The notes beneath the pieces are model-generated. The model was not told where the DNA came from. It saw only the letters and a program-made list of their open reading frames with translations, and searched no databases. From the IMG/VR virus record IMGVR_UViG_2711768067_000013, positions 1 to 19,806 of that record: a stretch of 19,806 nucleotides of DNA; one strand, 5' to 3'. Source of the DNA: a virus (lineage: Duplodnaviria > Heunggongvirae > Uroviricota > Caudoviricetes). How positions within the stretch are numbered: position 1 is the first letter of the stretch; each line of letters begins with the position of its first letter. The translations under genes were made by a program, and so were the position numbers. This document shows positions 8,913 through 15,765 of the stretch, piece after piece.

Positions 8913-9587
8913 TTAGAATGGTATTGAATCGTATATTTCACTTTTTTCTCTTAGAGATATTATCAGATCGTGAAAAGCCTGTTTCTCAAGATAGATATTC
9001 TTTGAATCTAATGCTCGTTTTACAAAATCTTCTGTTTCTTCGTGCGGTGGCTTCTTGTTATCAAGGGAAAGAAGCCAGTTAAAAATCTTTTCCGGGAACT
9101 CTGATTCCTGTATTTCTTCTTCAACGATGATTTCTGAAACATTCAATATTTCATTAGATTCGTTTTCTTTCTCAGAAGGATCAGGTAGTGATGACTCTCT
9201 AGGGGGAGTAATATGTGCATCTGTGAGAGGTAGCGCACGTAATTTTAATGGACGTTTTGGGATTCGTTCTCCGACCTCTTCTAAAAGACCGATTTTAATC
9301 ATAAGACCAATCAATTCATTAACTGTCTTACGGCTACAGCCACAAACTTTACTTAACTTCGTTTGTGTTTCAAAACATATCCCCCCTGATTTCTCCCAAT
9401 CTGAAACATAGCAATATAATTTTTGCATTTCTGCACTAAACTTCGCTTTTCCATCCTCAATATTTGAGGAGTAGATGAATTCAATCTCACAAAAGTAGTG
9501 TGGTATATTCAAAGTTCGGTCTTTAATTTCTCCTGTTTGTTGATCAACATACTGGTATTTTTCACGAATCAATTTAATTTTAGACAT
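8913..9587 (-). CDS. 224-aa putative DNA-binding protein (winged-helix-like segment SRKTVNELIGLMIKIGLLEE); candidate regulator or replication-initiator-like protein
   Basis: Track ORF 8913-9644 starts at GTG; the ATG at 9587 has a strong AAGGAG 8 nt upstream. The C-terminal half is acidic. Function is inferred from the motif only. Confidence 0.5.
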   Translation of the reverse strand: MSKIKLIREKYQYVDQQTGEIKDRTLNIPHYFCEIEFIYSSNIEDGKAKFSAEMQKLYCYVSDWEKSGGICFETQTKLSKVCGCSRKTVNELIGLMIKIGLLEEVGERIPKRPLKLRALPLTDAHITPPRESSLPDPSEKENESNEILNVSEIIVEEEIQESEFPEKIFNWLLSLDNKKPPHEETEDFVKRALDSKNIYLEKQAFHDLIISLREKSEIYDSIPF

Positions 9588-9640
9588 TAGAATTATCTCC
9601 TTATAAATCACGCTTAATGCGCTACTAAAGTGAATGAGGA

Positions 9641-9808
9641 TCACTTACCCTTTTTTTGTTTGATGTTCTCTGCTGCTTCAGTAATGATTTCTAACATCAA
9701 ATCACTGACCATAATTTGCCTTTTCTTGGCTTCAGCAAATAAAATCTTGAAAATTTCAGGGTCAACGTGTAGGTAAGTGCGTGGAATTGGTTTCTTGGTT
9801 TCGCTCAT
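9641..9808 (-). CDS. 55-aa ribbon-helix-helix-like small protein (MSETKKPIPRTYLHVDPEIFKILFAEAKKRQIMVSDLMLEIITEAAENIKQKKGK); absent from the ORF track because it is under 60 aa
   Basis: Hand-translated: ATG at 9808-9806 with AGGAGAAGGAG upstream, TGA at 9643-9641. A predicted strand followed by two helices fits Arc/CopG-type repressors. Confidence 0.45.
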   Translation of the reverse strand: MSETKKPIPRTYLHVDPEIFKILFAEAKKRQIMVSDLMLEIITEAAENIKQKKGK

Positions 9809-9829
9809 AGTTTTCTCCTTCTCCTGTTA

Positions 9830-10012
9830 TTATTCTTTCTCTGCTCCTGCCTTACGCAGTTCATCAATAATTTTTAGTGCATCGTCAAAACATTTTTCAC
9901 GCTCTGGATAACCACAGCGTCGCGCTGTGTTCCTGTTCATCCTTACTTTAAAACGATTGATCTCACCACGTTTCCAGGCTTCAACTACATCCTGGGGAGT
10001 GAAATACTTCAT
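9830..10012 (-). CDS. Hypothetical protein (60 aa), first gene of the minus-strand array
   Basis: ATG at 10012 with AGGAGG 7 nt upstream; 21 bp before the RHH-like ORF. Confidence 0.5.
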   Translation of the reverse strand: MKYFTPQDVVEAWKRGEINRFKVRMNRNTARRCGYPEREKCFDDALKIIDELRKAGAEKE

Positions 10013-10134
10013 TAATTAACCTCCTATTCTATTTGGTTAAAAGAAAAAACACCTTGCAAGCCTTGTTGGGCTTCAAAGTGCGGTGCATTGGTTTAATTAC
10101 TTAGAGGATAAGAATGTTTTCTGTCCCTAATATT

Positions 10135-10163
10135 ACTTTACCACGACTAAAAGCTTTTGTCAA
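10135..10163 (-). promoter_or_regulatory. Candidate sigma70 promoter for the minus-strand array (TTGACA, 17-bp spacer, TAAAGT)
   Basis: Minus-strand TTGACA is the reverse complement of 10158-10163; TAAAGT is the reverse complement of 10135-10140. Motif match only. Confidence 0.3.
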
Positions 10164-10324
10164 CCCCTATCCATAAAAATATTGATCATTTTCAGTGTGT
10201 TATAATTTTTCTTAGCAATTCGTGCTCTTACGGGTGCTCCTATTCTTCCTTATTCTCTAAAACGCTCTAAAACGCCCTCTGACGAGGTTTTGATAAATAC
10301 AATACATTCACTTATGTAGAGGCT

Positions 10325-10780
10325 GTTTAGCTCGCCAGAGGCTTATTTAAGGGGCTTATTTTGTATTTGTTAGGTATATGGGAAGATGATGATAGATAAA
10401 ATCTAATTTCAGACATCTTATAAAATACCTGTAAAGCTCCTCAGAAGCTCTATAACGAGCTAATCTATTACCGCTAAGTGTTTCCCTGCCTTATATACGT
10501 TTAGCTCGCCTACGGCTTGATTTAAGCGGTAGAATCTTATTTAACCTTCAACTACTAAAACCATTCTTTCTTTTTTGTTTGTTGTTGGTTGTTGTCTGTG
10601 TCTATGTGCTAACATCGCTAACGCGTAGCACACAAGGTTATTGCACTCGTCAGAGTATTGCACAATAGATTTTCTCTTAAATAGATTGATGATCGTTAGA
10701 TTGGCGTAAGCCTCATCAATGGAACTATTGAAGCGCACAGCGCAAGACTATTTAGCCTTACGCAAGCCGTAGGCTATTTG
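10325..10780. repeat. Repeat family in the noncoding region: two direct ~28-31-bp copies (10325-10352, 10499-10529) and one inverted, itself palindromic copy (10749-10780)
   Basis: Copy 1 gtttagctcgccagaggcttatttaagg; copy 2 gtttagctcgcctacggcttgatttaagcgg; copy 3 reverse complement contains GCCTACGGCTTG. A TTG/TGT-rich tract (about 10565-10610) and several CTAAC pentamers lie between copies 2 and 3. Confidence 0.5.
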
Positions 10781-10961
10781 CACATAGTAGATTACATATT
10801 CGTTGTGAGCGGCATTAGCGAACATATATCTACTAACTAACATCAACAAACAAAAACTATGTGTTATGACAAGCAGTCTAACGACTAACACTCTAACTTG
10901 TGCAAGGTTCTGGCGAATGCCAATAGATTAAGGGATAGTCAAAGACTCCCTAACGGGTATA

Positions 10962-11045
10962 CCTATAATTATTCTTATAAAGATAAAAAAGAATTATATT
11001 ATATAGTTTAATAGTTAGTTTTATTATTAGTATTATAGATGTTAG
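10962..11045. other. Very AT-rich tract next to the iteron-like array; candidate DNA-unwinding element
   Basis: About 85 bp of almost pure A/T directly upstream of the palindrome array. Confidence 0.35.
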
Positions 11046-11053
11046 TCTTATTG

Positions 11054-11224
11054 TGTAACCTTTCGTTACAACCAATCATCTGCCGATGTAACGTATCGTT
11101 ACTACCGATGTGTAATATCGTTACATTCAATAATTAGTCTATGTAACGAATCGTTACTACAAAATTTCTTACAGAGAGTATTTCAGATAGCTGAATGTAA
11201 CCCATCGTTACATCCATCGTTACA
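11054..11224. repeat. Iteron-like array: five palindromes with a TGTAAC / GTTACA core (11054-11070, 11087-11103, 11111-11125, 11142-11158, 11196-11212) plus an extra half-site (11216-11224); two units form a tandem 22-bp repeat (11083-11126)
   Basis: Read directly, for example TGTAACctttcGTTACA, GTAACGtatCGTTAC, GTAACGaatCGTTAC and TGTAACccatcGTTACA. Could be a replication origin, a recombinase res-like site or a repressor operator. Confidence 0.6.
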
Positions 11225-11661
11225 TCCATTTATCACATAACATCTGTGCAATGATCTTCTAAAAGTGTTTCTTACTATCAAAAATTAAACATCTAAAACA
11301 GGCTTAAATTCAATGTAATTGATGATTAATCCCTGTGTAATTCCTACGTAAAAATTCAATGAAAAGTAGCTTAAAAGTGCAATTCTTACTTTCTTCACTT
11401 TTACATCACTTTCGCAAAGCCTTGTGTAATGCGGCATATAGCGCATCACTGCAAAATTGTTGCTCAATAAACGTTCTATCATTTGTCGAACAAGTTTTCT
11501 TTAATGCAACAAAAAATTATTTTTTCAAAATAAACACACCATTTAATAGCTTGCTAATTTTACCAAAACGTAACTACATGCTTCTCATGCAAGACGTGTA
11601 GTGATAAAGCAGGCTAAATCACCACACTAAAAACCTTCGAATTTCGTAGTGAAAAAAGTCC

Positions 11662-11691
11662 TTTACACACCTAATCAACACGATCAATAAT
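11662..11691 (+). promoter_or_regulatory. Candidate promoter for the serine recombinase (TTTACA, 18-bp spacer, AATAAT)
   Basis: Motif match ~35 bp upstream of the ATG at 11727. Confidence 0.3.
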
Positions 11692-11726
11692 CACTACACA
11701 CAAATCAACACAGAAGGAAAATGAAA

Positions 11727-12278
11727 ATGGCTAATATTGGATACATTAGGGTATCGACTGTGCAACAAAACACAGACCGTCAATTAGCTGGAGTAACTCT
11801 TGATAAAGTCTTTGAAGATAAAGCGTCAGGCAAGAACACTCAGCGCCCACAGTTTGAGGCAATGATGAACTATGTGCGGGAGGGTGACGTGTTACACGTC
11901 CATAGTATTGATCGCCTTTGTCGTAATACAGCCGACCTTCTGGCAACGGTTGAGCAATTAACAGAGCGCGGCGTGTCTGTGCATTTCCATAAAGAAGACT
12001 TTAAGACAGGGAAGAACTCTCCCGCAGGGAATATGATGCTCACAGTGCTTGCAGCAGTGGCACAAATGGAACGTGAAATGATGCTTGAGCGGCAACGTGA
12101 AGGGATCGCCGCAGCTAAGGCCGCTGGGCGTATAGCAAAACGTGGTAATGGAAAAGCAATTGATCGAGCAGGAATTGCTGCCGCTCTCGCGAATGGTGGA
12201 TCAATTCGGAGCGTAGCAAAAGATTTCAGTGTCAGCACACAGACGGTGCAACGTATCAAGAAAGAGCAGGAAGCGTAA
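11727..12278 (+). CDS. Small serine recombinase (resolvase/invertase family, ~183 aa)
   Basis: N-terminus MANIGYIRVSTVQQNTDRQ carries the resolvase catalytic-Ser motif; a C-terminal helix-turn-helix-like region (SIRSVAKDFSVSTQTVQRIKK) follows. The ATG at 11727 is better spaced from the AAGGA than the ATG at 11721. Confidence 0.85.
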   Translation: MANIGYIRVSTVQQNTDRQLAGVTLDKVFEDKASGKNTQRPQFEAMMNYVREGDVLHVHSIDRLCRNTADLLATVEQLTERGVSVHFHKEDFKTGKNSPAGNMMLTVLAAVAQMEREMMLERQREGIAAAKAAGRIAKRGNGKAIDRAGIAAALANGGSIRSVAKDFSVSTQTVQRIKKEQEA

Positions 12279-12618
12279 TGCCTCCTGATATTTGAGAATT
12301 GTCGCTGCGTGGACCTGACGCCGCTGATCTTCTCGTTAAGCGATGATCACGTATGCGCCGATTTCAGAGAAAAAGACAGTAACTGAACTCACTATGAAGG
12401 CTAAACGCATCTTTACACTTGATGAAAACGTTCAAAAAACAACCTAACCCCAAAATTCAACAAATTGCAACACATTGTTTTTAAAAGAAAATTAAATCTA
12501 CATCAAATATTGGTTGACGTAGATTGAGGTGAATAGTAGACTATTAGGGTAAATTACCACCCTTGCAACATCATTTAATGCATGTTCTAATCTTCCTATC
12601 GTAAAACCGGAGGAAGTT

Positions 12619-12777
12619 ATGCATTTACTTTCAAAACATCTTCACACTATTCACTTTCTCGTTATTGATGTATTCGTTGTGGCTATTAGTTACCGCATTT
12701 GCATCGCTTCCAGTGAAGAGATGGACGCTGTTGCAATTATTGCTCAAGCAATGGCGATGTTAACTAAACGACTTTAA
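12619..12777 (+). CDS. 52-aa small hydrophobic protein (MHLLSKHLHTIHFLVIDVFVVAISYRICIASSEEMDAVAIIAQAMAMLTKRL); not in the ORF track
   Basis: ATG at 12619 with GGAGGA 5 nt upstream; contains a predicted membrane-like helix. Confidence 0.4.
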   Translation: MHLLSKHLHTIHFLVIDVFVVAISYRICIASSEEMDAVAIIAQAMAMLTKRL

Positions 12778-12843
12778 TAATTTCACTATCAGGTGCATAA
12801 ACACATCTTTGATCGCTGGATGTGTTATGCGCCTACTGGTGGT

Positions 12844-12996
12844 TCAATCCTTAAGCCATTTCAACTCACTAAGGAGTTTTCTTTCTTCGTTCTCTCGCTG
12901 TTTACGCTCTAGCCAGGCTTTTCCCTCTGGCGTAGACAGGAACTTACGAGCGTGAATCTTGCGGTTATTACGTTTTATAGCTGCAATGTTTTTCAT
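12844..12996 (-). CDS. 50-aa highly basic small protein (MKNIAAIKRNNRKIHARKFLSTPEGKAWLERKQRENEERKLLSELKWLKD); not in the ORF track
   Basis: Hand-translated: ATG at 12996-12994 with GAGG upstream, TGA at 12846-12844. Convergent with the 52-aa ORF. Confidence 0.4.
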   Translation of the reverse strand: MKNIAAIKRNNRKIHARKFLSTPEGKAWLERKQRENEERKLLSELKWLKD

Positions 12997-13600
12997 CGTG
13001 TGCCTCTGTATTCATATGAAAATTAACAAGTTACATACTACACAGGGAGACTACGCATAAAACACAATACAAGTAAAGATACATTTTCAAGACAATAGGA
13101 GCCATAAAGCGCCTTTGATGGTTATACCAAAAAATAAGCGCCGTAGGCGTATCCACTAAAAGGGCTTTTTCACAAAAGCTATGAAGTCTTAGCAGTTCTT
13201 CTCTTATCAGGCACCCGTTGTACTCCGGTGGACGAAACCGTGCTAGAGCTTGATTCTTTCCCGATCAAGTTAGGTTTTGAAGAGGTGGGCTTTGATCCAC
13301 TATTGCACTTAAAACTCTTCCCATCATTTAGCCTGTTTATCCTCTGCAACGTCTCACGACGTGTAGCATCATTGGACACCGCGCCAGGTGTGGAACATCT
13401 TGCTAAGAGTTTTGGTAGAAGGTTTAGAGACGGTGGCACGTCTTCCAGCTTCAAAGGAACTTGTTACGAGGTTGAGCCTGGGAACTACTCGCCCATACGT
13501 GTTACACTACCAAAGCCCATAACAACGTATAGGCGTTTGTAAGTGATAACAGAAGATACAATTTCTTAGAGAAGTTAAGCTAAGTTATTGATTTTCTTAA

Positions 13601-13646
13601 TGGTGCCGATAATAGGAGTCGAACCTACGACCTTCGCATTACGAAT
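13601..13646 (-). tRNA. Truncated tRNA-Thr (CGU anticodon) 3' fragment, 46 nt (anticodon loop through T-arm, acceptor 3' strand and CCA); att-site remnant, not a functional gene
   Basis: Reverse complement reads ATTCGTAATGCGAAGGTCGTAGGTTCGACTCCTATTATCGGCACCA, with the GGTTCGA T-loop and CCA end; sequence diverges from tRNA after 13646. As I recall it, this matches the 3' part of E. coli thrW. Confidence 0.7.
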
Positions 13647-13951
13647 TATAAGAATCCGCTTCTAATTCAAAGCATTACCCCATCAACACTGCGCTCACAC
13701 GTCCCACCACATCAAAACATGTAAAGCCTTGCAAGCCATTGCGAGGCCTTATGTGTCTCAGTTTTGTCCCACCTTGTATTACGACTTACATAGCCAATGA
13801 AGATAAACGTGACGACAAACGGCGCAGCAGTCTTCTTTTCCTTCATACTTTCCCCACCCAGCATGCATACCTTTATGCCATAACTGAAGTTTATGTCTGT
13901 TATGAGCGAAAAGCAGACATTACACTAAATTATTTAGGTTTACTTTTATCA

Positions 13952-14824
13952 TTACATTTCTAATGCTTTTTCTCTGCTAATTGATCCTTCACCATTGCAG
14001 GTTCTGCAATCTAATTTTATATTCCTGCAGTCAGGACAAGTAAATTTTTCATAATTAGAAAGATTCACCTTTGCAGCAATATATCTTTTTACGGATCCCA
14101 TTCCATTACAGATCGGACAATCTTCTCCCGCTAAACTGCCTTTTCCATTACATAAAGGGCAAGTTACAGTGGATATCACTTCATTTTCATTTTCATAAAT
14201 AAAATTGTTGAAATTTTGGGCGTTTATTGTGCTTAGTTGAACTTTTTCAATTTTTTTTATGTGATGTTCAAAATACTTTTTAATTGCCTTCTTAAGATCC
14301 TCTTTAGACGATTTCCATTGTTCTGGTGAGATCCTAATCGATTGAAATCCTTCGTTACTAGTTATTACTGCATCACGCTTGTAAGTAGACTTAATTTTAC
14401 TTTCCACATAATGAGCTATGTGGCCATCATACTCGATGCCAATAGCAGCAATCTCAACCAAATCTTGACCAATCCATCTATTTAGTCTAAGGACAAGGTC
14501 TATTGCCCAAGGCTGGGCTTTTGGGTTTATATTGCCAACCTTATACTGAGGCTCGATATAAACAATATGTCCGTTTGGGAATTGACCTTTCAGAGTTATT
14601 CGTCGTGGTGAATTTTGAAAACTATCGATTTCCAATGGACTAAACTGAGATATGAGGCCGGCAATTACCTCTATCTCAGCCTGAGATGTTTTTTCCACTC
14701 CTTGTAAACTAATAAGACCGATAGCTACTTGACGGTTAGTGGCTGGCTCAATCCTTTTAAATAGTTTCTTCTGATTATTACTAAAATTATTTTTGATAAC
14801 TTCAAGTGTTTCATCTAGTTCCAT
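13952..14824 (-). CDS. PD-(D/E)xK-type nuclease-like domain fused to a C-terminal DnaJ-type zinc finger (four CxxCxGxG-like repeats)
   Basis: Track ORF starts at GTG 14833; an ATG lies at 14824. Candidate nuclease motif D...IGIEYDGHIAHY (DUF559/Vsr-like). C-terminus has CPLCNGKGS, CPICNGMGS, CPDCRN and CRTCNGEGS. AT-rich gene. Confidence 0.65.
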   Translation of the reverse strand: MELDETLEVIKNNFSNNQKKLFKRIEPATNRQVAIGLISLQGVEKTSQAEIEVIAGLISQFSPLEIDSFQNSPRRITLKGQFPNGHIVYIEPQYKVGNINPKAQPWAIDLVLRLNRWIGQDLVEIAAIGIEYDGHIAHYVESKIKSTYKRDAVITSNEGFQSIRISPEQWKSSKEDLKKAIKKYFEHHIKKIEKVQLSTINAQNFNNFIYENENEVISTVTCPLCNGKGSLAGEDCPICNGMGSVKRYIAAKVNLSNYEKFTCPDCRNIKLDCRTCNGEGSISREKALEM

Positions 14825-14928
14825 CTCACCCACTCTATAAACTGATTATCCATATAAACTACATTATCATTTTTAACTGCTCAACATAGATTAACATAGC
14901 GCGATGCTAACAGTGTCAACTCCTGGCA

Positions 14929-14950
14929 CAGGGCTGTTGTTGCAGCCCTG
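14929..14950. other. Perfect 8-bp palindrome with 6-nt spacer (CAGGGCTG ttgttg CAGCCCTG) between the recombinase stop and the nuclease-ZnF gene
   Basis: Read directly; no flanking T-tract on either strand, so probably not a simple terminator. Confidence 0.5.
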
Positions 14951-14956
14951 ACAACC

Positions 14957-15559
14957 TTAGACTTCAATCGATTCAGAGATCTCTAACACATCATCTACTT
15001 CAATACCCAGATAACGGACTGTGCTTTCCAGTTTCTTATGGCCCAACAGAAGTTGGATCACCCGAAGATTCTTGGTTTTCTTGTAGATCAGGTAAGGTTT
15101 TGTTCTTCTCATGGAATGAGTGCTGTAAAGCGAATCTTCGAGACCAAGCTTTTCTACCCACCCATGAAAAATTCGGTTGTATTGCCGGGTAGATATGAGC
15201 TGATTAGTTCCGACCAGAAACCGAAACAAGAAGTCTTTACTATGCAAATTGCCAAGCATTATCAATGCAGCAACAGCTTCTCTTGTCCCTTTGGTTATCT
15301 CAAACTGCACAGGGCTACCGGTTTTCTGTTGCAGCACCGTAGCTCTGCTTGAAGCAGAGCTACCATATGCAACATCAGATACTTTGAGTTTGACCAGATC
15401 ACAGCCTCGTAGCTTACTGTCCAGGGCCATATCGAACTGAGCTAAATCGCGCGTTTTATCTTCCAGTTCAAGCCGGATTCGGATCCCCCAGATATGAGAT
15501 ATCTGAAGTGGTCTTTTTTGGCCGATGATACGGTCTTTGTTCCACGGTGACGTGTTCAT
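14957..15559 (-). CDS. Short tyrosine recombinase (~200 aa, catalytic domain only, FimB/FimE-like size)
   Basis: Track ORF starts at TTG 15613; the ATG at 15559 has AGGAGA upstream. Catalytic signatures: LRGCDL (Arg), HSMRRT (His-x-x-Arg), LLGH, and TVRYL (Tyr). No N-terminal arm-binding domain. Confidence 0.8.
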   Translation of the reverse strand: MNTSPWNKDRIIGQKRPLQISHIWGIRIRLELEDKTRDLAQFDMALDSKLRGCDLVKLKVSDVAYGSSASSRATVLQQKTGSPVQFEITKGTREAVAALIMLGNLHSKDFLFRFLVGTNQLISTRQYNRIFHGWVEKLGLEDSLYSTHSMRRTKPYLIYKKTKNLRVIQLLLGHKKLESTVRYLGIEVDDVLEISESIEV

Positions 15560-15595
15560 ACTCAAATCTCCTGCAATGTGGGAGATTTGAGTATG
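15557..15595. promoter_or_regulatory. Perfect 15-bp inverted repeat with 9-bp spacer (CATACTCAAATCTCC tgcaatgtg GGAGATTTGAGTATG) covering the recombinase Shine-Dalgarno and start codon
   Basis: Arms 15557-15571 and 15581-15595 are exact reverse complements. In the minus-strand mRNA the hairpin would sequester GGAG and AUG. Confidence 0.5.
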
Positions 15596-15765
15596 GTTGT
15601 CCCTTATGAGCAAATCGCAGACGTAACATCAAGTTCATAGCTACCCTGGAGCACCTTATTATCCTGTATAACGATAAGTTGGGAAGCCAGTGGCCTCACA
15701 GTGTCCCCAAGATGGTGGTGTCTCTGCACCAAAGATGCGCTAGTTCAAATGTTAGTAAATATAAT

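Larger units (their letters stand above)
528..13646. mobile_element. Integrase-bearing genomic island (~13.1 kb) bounded by direct repeats of a tRNA-Thr 3' end; satellite-like element or decayed prophage
   Basis: Direct repeats at 528-556 and 13588-13646; tyrosine integrase next to the left repeat; content is all hypothetical or phage-like genes. The element type is inferred. Confidence 0.55.

Noticed and set aside
8428-9411. Plus-strand track ORFs 8428-8652 and 9055-9411
   Set aside because: Antisense to the minus-strand gene array, which has consistent RBS-start spacing; translations are low complexity.
2057-10012. Interpreting the island as a P4-like satellite or a classical PICI
   Set aside because: I could not recognise P4 hallmark proteins (alpha primase, Sid, Psu, Delta) or a PICI primase/rep or terminase small subunit among the translations; the element is left as an unclassified satellite-like island or remnant.
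10541-10738. Track ORF 10541-10738 (-), 65 aa
   Set aside because: Falls in the repeat-rich noncoding leader, overlaps the TG-rich simple tract, and has no Shine-Dalgarno; more likely regulatory DNA or RNA.
11285-11601. Track ORFs 11285-11482 (-) and 11359-11601 (+)
   Set aside because: Mutually overlapping ORFs in AT-rich intergenic DNA upstream of the serine recombinase, with no start signals.
11746-12259. Track ORFs 11746-11946 (-) and 11870-12259 (-)
   Set aside because: Antisense to the clearly recognisable serine recombinase gene.
13739-13963. Track ORF 13739-13963 (+), 74 aa
   Set aside because: TTG start; the internal ATG at 13751 has a GAGG only 4 nt upstream; the translation is not protein-like and its end overlaps the 3' end of the nuclease-ZnF gene.
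15038-15440. Track ORFs 15038-15352 (+) and 15249-15440 (+)
   Set aside because: Antisense to the tyrosine recombinase gene.
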